From a virus, in IMG/VR virus record IMGVR_UViG_3300027734_000042: a stretch of 64,000 nucleotides of DNA. One strand, written 5' to 3'. The notes beneath the pieces are model-generated. The model searched no databases and had not been told where the DNA came from. It saw only the letters and a list, made by a program, of their open reading frames with translations. The number at the start of each line of letters is the position of its first letter. Within the stretch, counting starts at the first letter, position 1. The position numbers and the translations under genes are program-made. This document shows positions 19,622-33,481 of this stretch, piece after piece.

Positions 19622-20602
19622 ATGGAAAAGTTACTCACCCCGAATCCTAGAAGATTCTCTTTATTCCCTGTACAACAAGACGATATTTGGACAATGTACA
19701 AAACAGCGGAAGCTTCTTTTTGGACAGCGGAGGAAATAGATTTAGCACAGGATATCACTCACTGGAGAGATAAATTAAACGACAACGAGAGATATTTTAT
19801 AAAGAATGTAATTGCTTTCTTTAATAACTCCGATGGGATAGTTAATGAGAATCTTGCAGCTAATTTTTTCAATCAGGTACAATACCCGGAAGCTAGATGC
19901 TTTTATGGATTCCAATTGGCTATTGAGAATATACACGGTGAGGTTTATTCTCTTCTTATAGATTCTTACATATCTGACGAGGAAGAGAAAGAGAATTTAT
20001 TTAATGCTATTGATACTGTCCCTGCGGTTAAAAGAAAAGCAGATTGGGCAATGAAATGGATCGAGAATGGATCATTCACTGAGAATATGATTGCATTTGC
20101 TGCTGTTGAAGGTATTTTCTTTTCCGGATCTTTCTGTTCTATATTTTGGTTAAAGAAAAGAGGATTAATGCCAGGTCTTTGCTTTGCTAATGAATTAATT
20201 TCTAGAGACGAAGGATTACATTGCGATTTTGCTTGTTTACTTTACACTCAGCACATTGAAAATAAACTTCCGGAGGAAACAGTGAAAGAGATTATTATGG
20301 AAGCTGTAGAGATCGAAAAGGAGTTTGTAACTTCATCTTTGCCTGTTAGACTTATTGGTATGAACTCTGAGCTTATGTGTGAATATATCGAATTTGTAGC
20401 AGATAGGCTTTTAACTTCTTTAGGATGCTCAAGAGTTTATAATACTAAATGCCCTTTTGATTTTATGATAAATATTGCTTTAGAAAATAAAGGTAATTTC
20501 TTCGAAGGAAGAGTGGGATCATATCAGAAATCGGGTGTTATGGACAGTACTAAAGATAACGGAAATAGCGGAAAAACTTTTTCAATGGATGCTGATTTTT
20601 AA
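19622..20602 (+). CDS. nrdB: ribonucleotide reductase class Ia beta subunit
   Basis: [28 protein letters not shown]. Confidence 0.95.
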   Translation: MEKLLTPNPRRFSLFPVQQDDIWTMYKTAEASFWTAEEIDLAQDITHWRDKLNDNERYFIKNVIAFFNNSDGIVNENLAANFFNQVQYPEARCFYGFQLAIENIHGEVYSLLIDSYISDEEEKENLFNAIDTVPAVKRKADWAMKWIENGSFTENMIAFAAVEGIFFSGSFCSIFWLKKRGLMPGLCFANELISRDEGLHCDFACLLYTQHIENKLPEETVKEIIMEAVEIEKEFVTSSLPVRLIGMNSELMCEYIEFVADRLLTSLGCSRVYNTKCPFDFMINIALENKGNFFEGRVGSYQKSGVMDSTKDNGNSGKTFSMDADF

Positions 20603-20627
20603 TTAGGAAGATCATATTAACCATTGA

Positions 20628-22805
<2,178 letters not shown>

Positions 22806-22806
22806 T

Positions 22807-22971
22807 ATGTACGATCACGTATACGAAATAACTGGCTATCAGATAGAAATCGAAGGAGTCATAGAGAATCGTCAAAGAATTCAATATTGGAATAACGAAA
22901 CCGATTATCTAATTGAGGAATACTACGGAACAACCGAAGAAATACGCCTCGGTTATACACAGATTCAATAA
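22807..22971 (+). CDS. 54-aa hypothetical protein directly after the fibre gene (missed by the ORF track)
   Basis: Manual translation MYDHVYEITGYQIEIEG...LGYTQIQ. Confidence 0.55.
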   Translation: MYDHVYEITGYQIEIEGVIENRQRIQYWNNETDYLIEEYYGTTEEIRLGYTQIQ

Positions 22972-23057
22972 AACAAAGTGGAATAAATATTCTTATTAGT
23001 GGAAACTAATGGGTTAATTTTTCTATAATTTTTCACATAAAATAAAATAAAATAATA

Positions 23058-25427
23058 ATGGAAGTAACAAAGAGAGACGGAGCTAAAGAAAGAGTTAAGC
23101 TTGATAAAATTTTAAATCGTGTTAAGAAACAATCTTATGGTTTAAATATGGATTATATTGAGCCAATGGAAATTGCAAAGAAAGTTATTCATGGTTTATA
23201 TGATGGTATCTCTTCAGTAGAACTTGATACTTTAGCAGCAGAAACAGCAGCTGCTTTAACCCCAACCCATCCTGATTATTCTATTTTAGCTTCTAGAATT
23301 TGTGTTACCTCGTTACATAAAAGAACACCTAAAAGTTTTTCGAGTGTGATTGATCAGCTTTATAATTATGTTGATCCTAAGACAGGTTTAAAAGCTCCAA
23401 TGATTGCTGATGATGTATACGAGATTATTGTTAATAATGCTAAGGATATAGATTCACAAATTATTGCAGATAGGGATTTAGATTATGATTATTTTGGTTT
23501 TAAGACTTTAGAAAAATCATATCTTTTAAAGATTGATGGTTTACCTGCTGAAAGACCACAGCAAATGTTAATGAGAGTTGCTATTGGTATACACAAGGAA
23601 GATTTAGCCTCTGCTTATAAAACATATGACTTAATGAGTCAGGGTTACTTCACGCATGCTACACCTACTTTATTTAATGCGGGTACTAGAAGACCCCAGC
23701 TTTCTTCTTGCTTCTTAGTTTCAATGGATGATGATTCAATTCAAGGTATCTATAAAACACTATCTGATGTGGCTCAGATCTCTAAAAATGCAGGAGGTAT
23801 TGGTTTACATATACATAATGTAAGAGGCACAGGAGCTTATATTAGAGGAACAAACGGAACCTCAAACGGAATTATTCCGATGCTAAAAGTATTTAACGAA
23901 ACTGCAAGATACGTCGATCAAGGTGGAGGTAGAAGAAAGGGATCTTTTGCTGTTTATTTGGAGCCTTGGCATTGTGATGTTGAAGACTTTTTAAATCTTA
24001 GAAAAAATCACGGTAAAGAGGAGATGAGAGCTAGGGATCTTTTCTTAGCTTTATGGACACCGGATTTATTTATGGAAAGAGTTAAGGAAGATGGAGAATG
24101 GACTTTATTCTCTCCTGATGAAGCACCAGGATTAGACGACGTATACGGTGAGGACTTTGTTAAACTTTATACTAAATATGAAGCTGAAGGAAGAGGAAGA
24201 AAAACAATTAAAGCTCAAGAGCTTTGGTATAAAATAATTGAAGCACAGATCGAAACTGGAACTCCTTATATGCTTTATAAGGATGCAGCTAATATAAAAT
24301 CAAATCAGAAGAATTTAGGTACTATTAAGTCATCTAATCTTTGTACTGAGATTATGGAGTATTCAGATTCAAAAGAAACTGCAGTTTGTAATTTAGCTTC
24401 TATTGCATTACCTAAATTCATTATTCCTGGTAAGAAACCTAAATACGATCTTAATGCTCTTAAGGATATAGCTTACACAGCAACTATCAATCTTAATAGA
24501 GTGATTGATGTTAACTATTATCCTACTAAGGAAACTAAGACCTCTAATATGAAGCACAGACCAATTGGTATTGGAGTTCAAGGTTTAGCTGATACATTTG
24601 CTATTCTAAAAATACCTTTTGAATCGGAAGAAGCAAAAAATTTAGATAGAGACATTTTCGAAGCAATTTATTACGGAGCTATGTGTGCTTCAGTGGATCT
24701 TGCAGAAAAAGAAGGTGCATACCAAACATTTAAGGGATCGCCATTATCTAAAGGATTATTTCAATTTGATTTATGGAACGAATCACCTAGTACAAGATGG
24801 GAATGGGAAGAATTAAGAGAAAGAGTTAAGACTTTCGGAGCTAGAAATTCTTTATTGCTTGCTCCTATGCCTACTGCTTCTACAAGTCAGATCTTAGGAA
24901 ACAATGAATGTTTTGAACCTTTCACTTCTAACATTTACATTAGAAAAACATTATCTGGAGAATTTCCAGTAGTTAATAAGCATCTTGTTAAAGACTTAGT
25001 TAAACTTAATATGTGGGATGATAATCTTAGGGATAAGATCATTATTAATAATGGATCAGTACAAGATATTGCTGAAATACCAGATGAGATTAAGATCATT
25101 TATAAGACTGCTTGGGAGATGAGTCAGAAGATTATTATAGATCATGCTGCAGCTAGAGCACCTTTTATATGTCAAAGTCAAAGTATGAATTTATTTGTTC
25201 AAGATGCTAACTTTGCTAAACTTTCTTCAGCTCATTTTTATGGATGGGATAAGGGATTAAAGACTGGAAGTTATTATATAAGAACTAAAGCTGCTACAAC
25301 AGCTATAAAAGGTCTAGGTATAGATCTAAGCAGAAATCAAGAACTTCCTAAATCAGAGGATGATAACTATAGCGACTTAACTTGTAGCATAGACAATCCT
25401 GAAGATTGCGAAGCTTGCGGTTCATAA
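23058..25427 (+). CDS. nrdA: ribonucleotide reductase class Ia alpha subunit with ATP-cone
   Basis: VTKRDG cone, [25 protein letters not shown]-terminal CEAC. Confidence 0.96.
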   Translation: MEVTKRDGAKERVKLDKILNRVKKQSYGLNMDYIEPMEIAKKVIHGLYDGISSVELDTLAAETAAALTPTHPDYSILASRICVTSLHKRTPKSFSSVIDQLYNYVDPKTGLKAPMIADDVYEIIVNNAKDIDSQIIADRDLDYDYFGFKTLEKSYLLKIDGLPAERPQQMLMRVAIGIHKEDLASAYKTYDLMSQGYFTHATPTLFNAGTRRPQLSSCFLVSMDDDSIQGIYKTLSDVAQISKNAGGIGLHIHNVRGTGAYIRGTNGTSNGIIPMLKVFNETARYVDQGGGRRKGSFAVYLEPWHCDVEDFLNLRKNHGKEEMRARDLFLALWTPDLFMERVKEDGEWTLFSPDEAPGLDDVYGEDFVKLYTKYEAEGRGRKTIKAQELWYKIIEAQIETGTPYMLYKDAANIKSNQKNLGTIKSSNLCTEIMEYSDSKETAVCNLASIALPKFIIPGKKPKYDLNALKDIAYTATINLNRVIDVNYYPTKETKTSNMKHRPIGIGVQGLADTFAILKIPFESEEAKNLDRDIFEAIYYGAMCASVDLAEKEGAYQTFKGSPLSKGLFQFDLWNESPSTRWEWEELRERVKTFGARNSLLLAPMPTASTSQILGNNECFEPFTSNIYIRKTLSGEFPVVNKHLVKDLVKLNMWDDNLRDKIIINNGSVQDIAEIPDEIKIIYKTAWEMSQKIIIDHAAARAPFICQSQSMNLFVQDANFAKLSSAHFYGWDKGLKTGSYYIRTKAATTAIKGLGIDLSRNQELPKSEDDNYSDLTCSIDNPEDCEACGS

Positions 25428-25440
25428 ATAATAACCAATA

Positions 25441-26034
25441 ATGAAAATCAAAAATTTTAAAGAGTTTGACTCCTTGAGCACACCCTGTGTAATTTTTGTA
25501 GGACCTCCTGGATGTGGTAAAGGAACACAAGCAGAAATACTTTGTAAGAAAACACATCTGAAACATGTTTCTACTGGTGATATCCTTAGAAAATCTGATG
25601 ATAAAGAGGTTAAAGAATTAATGAAAACTGGTAAGCTTCTTCCTGATGATTTAGTATCTAAGGAGCTTGAAAAATTCATACAAAAAAATAAAAAATCTGC
25701 AGGATTTGTTTTTGATGGATATCCAAGAAACCTTAAGCAAAAAACTTTATTGGACAAAATAATGTCTAATAATAACCTAGAGACAATCAACATTTTCTTT
25801 CTAGATGTACCAGAAGAGACTTTAAAAGAAAGAATTAAAGAGCGAGGGAAAACATCAGGAAGAGCCGATGATAATGATCCCGAAGTTTTTAAAGTTAGAA
25901 TGGGAGAATATAAAGATCAGACACTACCTCTGATTAAATCTATGAAGAAGCTAAAAAACTTTTTAGAAATATCCGGGGAGAAAGACCTTGATGAGGTTAC
26001 TGAGATTATATTTGATAATCTGGGTGAAATTTAA
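25441..26034 (+). CDS. adk: adenylate kinase (short-lid type)
   Basis: GPPGCGKGTQ, STGDILR, DGYPR, RADD. Confidence 0.9.
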   Translation: MKIKNFKEFDSLSTPCVIFVGPPGCGKGTQAEILCKKTHLKHVSTGDILRKSDDKEVKELMKTGKLLPDDLVSKELEKFIQKNKKSAGFVFDGYPRNLKQKTLLDKIMSNNNLETINIFFLDVPEETLKERIKERGKTSGRADDNDPEVFKVRMGEYKDQTLPLIKSMKKLKNFLEISGEKDLDEVTEIIFDNLGEI

Positions 26035-26071
26035 TCCAATTTTTTATCTATAAATGTTAAATTGAAATAAC

Positions 26072-27328
26072 ATGCCAAAATTAGTAATTGAAAAAACAGA
26101 TGCTAAACAGCCTTCTATATGTTTAGTTATGATTGTTAAAAATGAATCTAAAGTAATCAGAAGATGTATTGATTCCGTTAAGGATTACATTAACTATTGG
26201 GTTATTGTTGATACAGGATCTACCGATGGTACTCAGGATCTTATTAAGGAGATAATGAATGAGTATGAAATTCAAGGTGAACTACATGAAAGACCTTGGG
26301 TAGATTTTGGATACAACAGAACTGAGAGTTTAGAATATTCTGAGGGCAAGGCAGATTATAGATTAGTTATAGATGCTGACGACTTTCTATCTGTACAGGA
26401 GGGAGAAAATCCTTTTCTAAATTTGACAGAGGATGCTTATAAGATTAGGATTCGACTTAATTCATTGGCTTATTACAGAACTCAATTGGTTAGAGGTGAT
26501 CAGAAATGGAAATATGTAGGTGTTTTACATGAATATATTTCAGGTCCAACTGATATCAAAGTATCTGAAGAATTCTTAGAAGGCGTTGAAATGCACGCTT
26601 CTGTTTCTGGACACAATAGAGATATTAAAGGAAAGGATAAGTATTATAATGATGCTTTAATTTTCGAAAAAGCTATTCTAACAACACCTAAGGAAGAACT
26701 TCCTATTGATCTGGAAAGAAGATATGTTTTCTATATGGCTCAAAGTTATAGAGATGCAGGAATGAATGAAAGATCTATTGAAGCTTATCAAAGAAGAGTA
26801 GATCTAGGAGGATGGGCGGAAGAGGTTTACATTTCTAGATATTGGATAGCTAGACAAAAACAAATTCTAGAAAGACCTGACGAAGATATCATTGATGCTT
26901 ATTTAAAAGCTTGGGAATACAGACCTAATCGTTTAGAATCCCTTTATCATCTTATTAAGTTCTTAGGAACAAGAAAAAGATATGCTTTAGGTTTTGCTTT
27001 ATCGTCAATCGGAATGAAAACTGGACCTTGCTCAGATATTCTTTTTGTAGAAGATGATATCTGGAAATGGAGAATGCCTGATGAGTATTCTGTACTAGCA
27101 TATTACAATGGAAATGCAGAAGAAGCTTATAAAACAACCAACATTATCATAAATTCTAGCTTGTTTGCTGGCATTAATAAGTCAGATCAGGAAAGAATTA
27201 TGAAAAATATGGATTTCTATAGTAAAGCTTTAGAACCTAACGAGGAAGAACAACCTGAAGCTATAGAAGAATCTATTCCTGAAGTTATTGACGAATCTAT
27301 TAAAAATGAGGAATTGAAAGAATCTTGA
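26072..27328 (+). CDS. GT2 glycosyltransferase with TPR-like C-terminus
   Basis: CLVMIVKNE, DTGSTDGT, IDADD, GVLHE, RYVFYMAQSYRD. Confidence 0.85.
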   Translation: MPKLVIEKTDAKQPSICLVMIVKNESKVIRRCIDSVKDYINYWVIVDTGSTDGTQDLIKEIMNEYEIQGELHERPWVDFGYNRTESLEYSEGKADYRLVIDADDFLSVQEGENPFLNLTEDAYKIRIRLNSLAYYRTQLVRGDQKWKYVGVLHEYISGPTDIKVSEEFLEGVEMHASVSGHNRDIKGKDKYYNDALIFEKAILTTPKEELPIDLERRYVFYMAQSYRDAGMNERSIEAYQRRVDLGGWAEEVYISRYWIARQKQILERPDEDIIDAYLKAWEYRPNRLESLYHLIKFLGTRKRYALGFALSSIGMKTGPCSDILFVEDDIWKWRMPDEYSVLAYYNGNAEEAYKTTNIIINSSLFAGINKSDQERIMKNMDFYSKALEPNEEEQPEAIEESIPEVIDESIKNEELKES

Positions 27329-27352
27329 GATATATAAATAAAAATTATATCA

Positions 27353-27835
27353 ATGCAGATTTTAAGATTTTCCGACTTCATTAATGAACAGTCTGTTTAT
27401 AACGTTGGAGTTCCTATTTTTAAAGGAACAGCGATAAACCCAGAAAAAACCGTAAAAAGAAATAAGCTTTTACCTGAGTTACAAGATTACTTATCTCAGC
27501 TAATGAGTGGACAGCTTACAGAGGTTACATTAGTTGCTGAAATTCCTACACAAGGAAAAAATGCGCCTCAATACCTTAAAGATATCTATTCTGAAATGGG
27601 ATACGATGCTTCTAAAGAAGAAGATATGTATGACGACGAAACAGATACTTTTTTAGGTAACAGAGATAGAATGCCAGATGATCCTAGTACAAATATCTTT
27701 GTTGATTCTGAATTCATCGTTAAGGATGTGGACATGGAAAGAAATGTAATTCTAGCTATTCCGTATTCAATGAAGAGAAAAGGAATTATAGTAGAAATTG
27801 CACCAGAAATGGTAGAAGAAGTTTTTATTAAGTAA
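27353..27835 (+). CDS. hypothetical late protein, putative capsid-internal
   Basis: GATATATA at 27329; N-terminus MQILRFSDFINE. Confidence 0.7.
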   Translation: MQILRFSDFINEQSVYNVGVPIFKGTAINPEKTVKRNKLLPELQDYLSQLMSGQLTEVTLVAEIPTQGKNAPQYLKDIYSEMGYDASKEEDMYDDETDTFLGNRDRMPDDPSTNIFVDSEFIVKDVDMERNVILAIPYSMKRKGIIVEIAPEMVEEVFIK

Positions 27836-28200
27836 TGAATTTTAACCAGGAGGAAGATTTTTATTTAGCTAAGATAGGTGAACACACATTTGTTTTAGAA
27901 GAATGCAAAGATTTTCCTAAAGGACTTTCACATAGAGAGCATCTCCACGAAAACGAGGGGATGCTTTTTAATTTTAATGATCCCGGCGACAGAACTTTCC
28001 ATATGAGGGATTGCTTAATACCACTAGATATACTTTTTATAAAAGACGGGAAAGTAAACAAAATATATCACGAATGTCAGCCTTGCGAAATTAACGAATG
28101 CGACAAATACATAGGTGAGGCAGATTCAGTAGTTGAACTACTAGGGGGTACTTGCAAGAAGAATAATATTAGCGAAGGTCTAATATACAGGCACTTTTAA
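27835..28200 (+). CDS. DUF192 family protein
   Basis: GLSHRE..EGMLF..FHMRD..IPLDILFI..VVEL.GG. Confidence 0.8.
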   Translation: MNFNQEEDFYLAKIGEHTFVLEECKDFPKGLSHREHLHENEGMLFNFNDPGDRTFHMRDCLIPLDILFIKDGKVNKIYHECQPCEINECDKYIGEADSVVELLGGTCKKNNISEGLIYRHF

Positions 28201-28233
28201 GAAACTTTTCACAGTTTTCTATCTTAAATTTTT

Positions 28234-28407
28234 ATGACCAGAAAGGCAAAGATCAAACTTCCTAATGAATCTTATTGGGATGAATTGGCTATAAATATGG
28301 ACGATTTCATAATTTCTAGAGAATTTGAATATGAAGTTTTTGGCTGGTATAAAGGAATGTACGTTTCAATTTTAAAAAAATCACTAGAGGAAAATGACGG
28401 CGAATAA
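28234..28407 (+). CDS. 57-aa hypothetical protein (missed by the ORF track)
   Basis: Manual translation MTRKAKIKLPNESYW...EENDGE, downstream of a GAAACT promoter. Confidence 0.5.
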   Translation: MTRKAKIKLPNESYWDELAINMDDFIISREFEYEVFGWYKGMYVSILKKSLEENDGE

Positions 28408-30181
28408 GGAGATTAAGGTTTTATCAGAAAGAGAGCATATACTTTTAAGACCAACAGTTTATGTTGGTAGTGTTAAACCAACTGATGAAAAGGTTCCTAT
28501 AATACGCGAGAACAAGATTTTCGTTGAGTCTAGGACGATTTCAGTGGGAATGTATAAACTATTCGATGAAGTCTTTTCTAACTCATTAGACGAAGCTAAA
28601 CGCATGAAAGGAAAGATGAAAACTATCCTTATTGATGTTGACAGTAAAAGTAATTCTGTATCTATTAGCGACAGTGGTAACGGATTCTATAAAGGTACTG
28701 ATATCAACAAAGTTAGTGGAAAGACAAACATAGAAACAGCAGTATCACAATTGAGAGCTGGATCTAATTTTGAAAATGACGACATCCAGGAATCTTTAGT
28801 TGGTACCAACGGAATGGGTGTAAGTTTGGTTAACGTTCTTTCCAAGTATTTTAGTATAGAAACTATTAATGATAAATTCTACTATTTTCAGGAATGGAAG
28901 AATTACGAGGGTAAGGAAGCAAAGATATCCAAGAAAAAAGGTGAAGATAAAACAGGAACTAAAGTTACTTTCGCTCCTTTGTCCGAAGTCTTCGGATATT
29001 CTAAATGGGATAAGGAGGTTCTTTCTTCTATCCTTATTCTAAAGTATGATCTAATTAAAAGAGATCCGATACTGAGTAATCTAGAAATTAAATTTAGTTG
29101 GGATGGAGAAATTGTTGATCTTCAACCTAAATTTTTACCTGAAGATTGTTTCAAGATAAACACAGACATAGGACAAATAACTATTTGGGAAAAATACGAG
29201 GGATCAGGATCATTAAGCTTTGTGAACTCAGCTCTTTGTTCCGGTATACACCAGAAGATATTTAATGATTTTGTTAATACTAAACTTGAAGACACATTGG
29301 GACATCACTTTTACGATTGCCTCATTGTATTAAATCTACCTCCTAAATATGTCAAATTTGGGGATCAAAATAAAACTAGATTCGTAACAACCAGGGAAGA
29401 GATCGAAAGTCTTTTAATGGGCAAGTTTGGATCCAAATTACAAGGATTTTTTAAGACCGACCTTTATTCAAGAGTACTTAAAAAGGTAGAGGAAAGAAAA
29501 ACAGATGGATATGTAAAAAAGCTTAGATCTGAAAAAAAGAAAGTAAATCTAAAGCATTCACATAAATATTTTCCCGCACAAAAATCAGTAGCAGAAAATC
29601 TTTTTATTGTTGAAGGATTATCAGCAATGGGATCTATATTACAAAAGAGGAATCCAAAAGAAGACGGGGTTTACGCTTTAAAAGGAAAGATAAAAAATTG
29701 TAAGAACATAGGAGATCTTTCAGAGAATAAAGAAATTCTAGAGCTAATGCACATACTAGGTTTAGATCCCACATCTAGAAATACAGATATAGTTGGATAT
29801 AAAAAAATAGTAATTGCAACAGATCCGGATCCGGATGGATCTCACATTACCTCTTTACTTATCAATCTATTTTATAAATGGTTCCCAACTATAGTAAAGC
29901 ATAAAAGATTAAGCTCTTTAAAAATTCCTCTAGTATCTGTAGGTGACGGAAAGAAAAGAAAGTATTTCTGGGATTTGGATGAATTTAAAGCAGCAAGACC
30001 TACAGGAAACATCAGATACCTAAAAGGATTGGGTTCATTATCTTTAGAAGATTGGGAATGGGTAATGGGGGATAAGGAGCTAACTAACATAGAGGAAAGT
30101 TTAGATAGCAAGGATAAATTAGAAATGGCTTTTGGTGATTCTGCTGACGCAAGAAAAAAATGGTTATCAAATGGTAATTAG
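28394..30181 (+). CDS. type II topoisomerase ATPase/TOPRIM subunit (gp39+60 / GyrB-like)
   Basis: EHILLRP, EVFSNSLDE, GSNF, GTNGMG, EGLSA, DPDPDG, YLKGLGS. Confidence 0.92.
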   Translation: MTANKEIKVLSEREHILLRPTVYVGSVKPTDEKVPIIRENKIFVESRTISVGMYKLFDEVFSNSLDEAKRMKGKMKTILIDVDSKSNSVSISDSGNGFYKGTDINKVSGKTNIETAVSQLRAGSNFENDDIQESLVGTNGMGVSLVNVLSKYFSIETINDKFYYFQEWKNYEGKEAKISKKKGEDKTGTKVTFAPLSEVFGYSKWDKEVLSSILILKYDLIKRDPILSNLEIKFSWDGEIVDLQPKFLPEDCFKINTDIGQITIWEKYEGSGSLSFVNSALCSGIHQKIFNDFVNTKLEDTLGHHFYDCLIVLNLPPKYVKFGDQNKTRFVTTREEIESLLMGKFGSKLQGFFKTDLYSRVLKKVEERKTDGYVKKLRSEKKKVNLKHSHKYFPAQKSVAENLFIVEGLSAMGSILQKRNPKEDGVYALKGKIKNCKNIGDLSENKEILELMHILGLDPTSRNTDIVGYKKIVIATDPDPDGSHITSLLINLFYKWFPTIVKHKRLSSLKIPLVSVGDGKKRKYFWDLDEFKAARPTGNIRYLKGLGSLSLEDWEWVMGDKELTNIEESLDSKDKLEMAFGDSADARKKWLSNGN

Positions 30182-30193
30182 ATATATACTTTA

Positions 30194-30940
30194 ATGATTT
30201 TACGATTAAATAACTTTATAGTCGAGCAAGCTTCGGATAATTCTGATAGCCAAGCTAAGACTCCTGTAAAAAATTATTCAGGTAAGTTAAAGATTAATTG
30301 GGAAAAACCTGATCTTGCTGAGGAGATTCATCATTACGATGATAAAGCTAAACTTGAATTTTATCAACACAACATAACTATTGGTAATAAAGATATAGGA
30401 AAGACTAGTTCAAGAGCAACTAAGTTTTATAAATATATTATAGAGCCATTTAGAAAAGGCCACATAGAAGATCTTCCTATAGTTTCAGATAATAAGTTAG
30501 ACGTAAATAGCATTCAGAACCTTATGGTTTATGAATATGATAATATAGTTACAGGAGCATACGGTAGATCATACGGAGATGTATTAATCAAAATATCAGA
30601 TGATCTTAAAAAGAAAGGTAGTTTAGATCTGCCTTTACCTATAATTATTAAATTCATCAACTTCGGAGAAACTAGAACATCTTCAGAAGATAGCTACTAT
30701 CTTTTTTCCGGTAACAGAATCATAAATTTAGCACTTCAATACAATATTCCAATTAAAGCATGGGTTATTGATTTAGTACCTTCTAGAAGAGACGTAAGAG
30801 AATTTGCTCAGAAGTCTGGAGCCACTACTGATCCTGATAAATTTAAGAAAATCTTAAAAAGAGCAACGGGTAAAGATAATCTAGATGATCTAAATGCTAG
30901 AGAAAGATTCAAAATCATCCAATCACTTAAGAATTTTTAA
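30194..30940 (+). CDS. late protein with possible ParB/Srx-like domain
   Basis: GATATATA at 30181; N-terminus MILRLNNFIVE; YYLFSGNRI resembles a ParB box. Confidence 0.45.
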   Translation: MILRLNNFIVEQASDNSDSQAKTPVKNYSGKLKINWEKPDLAEEIHHYDDKAKLEFYQHNITIGNKDIGKTSSRATKFYKYIIEPFRKGHIEDLPIVSDNKLDVNSIQNLMVYEYDNIVTGAYGRSYGDVLIKISDDLKKKGSLDLPLPIIIKFINFGETRTSSEDSYYLFSGNRIINLALQYNIPIKAWVIDLVPSRRDVREFAQKSGATTDPDKFKKILKRATGKDNLDDLNARERFKIIQSLKNF

Positions 30941-30954
30941 TTTATATTTGTAGA

Positions 30955-31875
30955 ATGATCTACAAAAATAGAATGGGGTATTGTTGTTTGTGTCTTTCTT
31001 TGGAAAAAGAAGGAGTGACAACTAACAGAGGAATGATTAAGAGAACCTTTATTGAAAAGGGAATATCTTATGTTTCTGAATTAGCAGTTAAAAATACAGA
31101 GGATCTAATACGTATTATTAGGTTTAATGGTGAAACTGGGATAGACATGTATCGTATGAGCTCCGACATGTTTCCTTGGATGTCTGAATATGAGATAAGT
31201 GATTTACCAGATTTCGAAAAGATCAGAGAAAATCTTATAACTGCAGGGGATCTTGCTAAGAGCTTTGATCAAAGACTTAGTTTTCACCCTTCTCCTTATT
31301 GTGTTATAGCATCAGAAAATCCTAATGTAGTTTTAAAATCAATAAAAGAATTAAGACAGCATTCAGAAATAATGGATCTAATGGGATTAGATAGAAGTCA
31401 CAAGTATCCAATTAATATTCATATAAATACTACTAAGCCGTCTAAAGAAGAATCTGCCAACAGATTTATTTATTCTTATAATTTATTACCAGATTCAGTT
31501 AAATCTAGATTGGTAGTAGAGAATGATGATAAAAAAAGTCAGTTTACCCCTACTGATCTGCATTCTCTTTTGCATTTAAAAATAGGAATTCCAGTAACAT
31601 ACGATTACTTACATCATAAATGCAATCCAGATAATCTGACAGAATTAGAAGCATTAGATCTTTGTATTTCTACGTGGCCAGAAGGAATAACTCCGCTAAC
31701 TCACTTTTCAGATTCTAGAAAAATATTCGAGGATCAGGGTGCTAAAGAGGTTGCTCATTCAGATTGGATTTGGAGTAAAATAGAAACTTATGACCGAATT
31801 TTTGATATAGAATTAGAGGTGAAGATGAAAGATCTTGCGCTTCTAAAATATATCGAAAAATGGAAGAGGAATTAG
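30955..31875 (+). CDS. uvsE: UV damage endonuclease (UVDE)
   Basis: GYCC, YRMSSDMFP, RLSFHP, LVVENDD, DYLHH, AHSD, EVKMKD. Confidence 0.9.
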   Translation: MIYKNRMGYCCLCLSLEKEGVTTNRGMIKRTFIEKGISYVSELAVKNTEDLIRIIRFNGETGIDMYRMSSDMFPWMSEYEISDLPDFEKIRENLITAGDLAKSFDQRLSFHPSPYCVIASENPNVVLKSIKELRQHSEIMDLMGLDRSHKYPINIHINTTKPSKEESANRFIYSYNLLPDSVKSRLVVENDDKKSQFTPTDLHSLLHLKIGIPVTYDYLHHKCNPDNLTELEALDLCISTWPEGITPLTHFSDSRKIFEDQGAKEVAHSDWIWSKIETYDRIFDIELEVKMKDLALLKYIEKWKRN

Positions 31876-32075
31876 ATCTTACAAAATCAAATTGGGTACA
31901 GGAGAATGAAATCTACATCTCCGCAATAAAAGAATCTATTGAAGAAAACTATCCAGAGATAAATATTATCGAGGAACTAGGTGAAATAAATTTCACACTA
32001 GAGGATTTAATAGATAATAAGAAGGTAGTTCATTTTATGGAAAGACTTGAACAAAAATATCCTTCTGGAGTTTAA
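31860..32075 (+). CDS. hypothetical protein
   Basis: Operon fit. Confidence 0.55.
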   Translation: MEEELDLTKSNWVQENEIYISAIKESIEENYPEINIIEELGEINFTLEDLIDNKKVVHFMERLEQKYPSGV

Positions 32076-32089
32076 TTAAAAATATCGAT

Positions 32090-33142
32090 TTGAGCAATCA
32101 TTACCAAACTCTTGGGGTTTCTGAAGAAGCTGACCAAGAAGAAATAAAAAAAGTTTATCGTAAACTTGCTTTAAAGTATCATCCAGATAGAAATAGTGAT
32201 GCTGGTGCGGAAGAAAAATTCAAACAGATATCGGAAGCTTATAAAATACTAAGCGATGCTAATAAGAAGGCTGAGTATGATAGAAAGAGAAAATTCGGGT
32301 CTATGTTTGAAGGAGGATTCGGAGGTTTTGATAACAGCTGGAATTATACAGATCCTTTTGCAAACCATTATTCTCCTGGTGGAGGATTTACTGAAAAAGT
32401 AGATCCTAAAGGCTCTTCCCTAAATATAACTCTCAATCTTAGTCTTGAAGATGTAATAAATGGGGTACAGAAGAAAATTAAGATGAAGAGGGATAAAAAA
32501 TGTTCCCCGTGTTCAGGTAGTGGATCTGAAGGAGGTAATTCGTTCCAGAATTGTGGGACATGTAACGGATCTGGATATGTTACAGTAAATAGAACTACAG
32601 GATTCGTTCAATTAAATTCTGTTAAATCTTGTCATTCGTGTCATGGATCAGGAAGAGTAATTTTAGAAAATTGTCTAAACTGTTTTGGAAAAGGACTTGT
32701 ACAGATAGAAGATGTAGTTGATATTAATATACCTCCTGGAGCTGCAGAGAGTATGAATTTTGTAGTTGAAGGAAAAGGTAATGACGGAAAAGGAAACGGA
32801 AAATCCGGAGACCTTTATGTTAAGGTGAAAGAAGTACCTCACCCTTACTTTATCAGAAGAGGAATAGATATTATTGCAGCAAAACAAATCACATTTATTG
32901 ATGCAGTTCTTGGAACTAATATAGAGGTTGAAATGCCATCAGGTGAAAATGTTAAGGCAGTAGTAGATCCCGGAACTATTCCTGGTACAGTACTTAGATT
33001 TGGTCAAAAGGGTATACCTAATTTAGGATACGGTGGTGTTGGTGATTTTCTAATAGAACTTAATGTAAGAATACCCGATAATCTAACAGAGGAGCAAAAG
33101 GAATTTCTTATTGAATTAAAAGACAACGAAATATTTAACTAG
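32090..33142 (+). CDS. dnaJ: full-length class A DnaJ co-chaperone
   Basis: HPD J-domain, G/F region, four CxxCxGxG repeats, C-terminal domain. Confidence 0.93.
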   Translation: MSNHYQTLGVSEEADQEEIKKVYRKLALKYHPDRNSDAGAEEKFKQISEAYKILSDANKKAEYDRKRKFGSMFEGGFGGFDNSWNYTDPFANHYSPGGGFTEKVDPKGSSLNITLNLSLEDVINGVQKKIKMKRDKKCSPCSGSGSEGGNSFQNCGTCNGSGYVTVNRTTGFVQLNSVKSCHSCHGSGRVILENCLNCFGKGLVQIEDVVDINIPPGAAESMNFVVEGKGNDGKGNGKSGDLYVKVKEVPHPYFIRRGIDIIAAKQITFIDAVLGTNIEVEMPSGENVKAVVDPGTIPGTVLRFGQKGIPNLGYGGVGDFLIELNVRIPDNLTEEQKEFLIELKDNEIFN

Positions 33143-33144
33143 CT

Positions 33145-33468
33145 ATGACATTTATATTTTATATCCTTGCAGTTTGGGGTCTAACCCATATACTAGTATC
33201 CGCTAAGATTTTTGATGGATTTAGAAATTGGCTTTTGATATCTTTGCCTTTCTTTGGTGAAATGCTTAACTGTTATCAGTGTACTTCATTTTGGGCTTCT
33301 ATTGTTTTATATTTCTTTTTTAACGATCTACATATAGATGCTGTGTCTTTCCATGTTATGAATGGATATAGAATAGGCGCTGATTGTTTCTTGTGGGGTT
33401 TTATTGGATCGGGTGTGGTATCCTTTATGTCGGTAATTATGTCGCTTCTGATAAAAAGGAATAAATGA
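33145..33468 (+). CDS. DUF1360-like membrane protein
   Basis: Hydrophobic segments and CYQCTSFW. Confidence 0.6.
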   Translation: MTFIFYILAVWGLTHILVSAKIFDGFRNWLLISLPFFGEMLNCYQCTSFWASIVLYFFFNDLHIDAVSFHVMNGYRIGADCFLWGFIGSGVVSFMSVIMSLLIKRNK

Positions 33469-33481
33469 TGATATATAGAGC

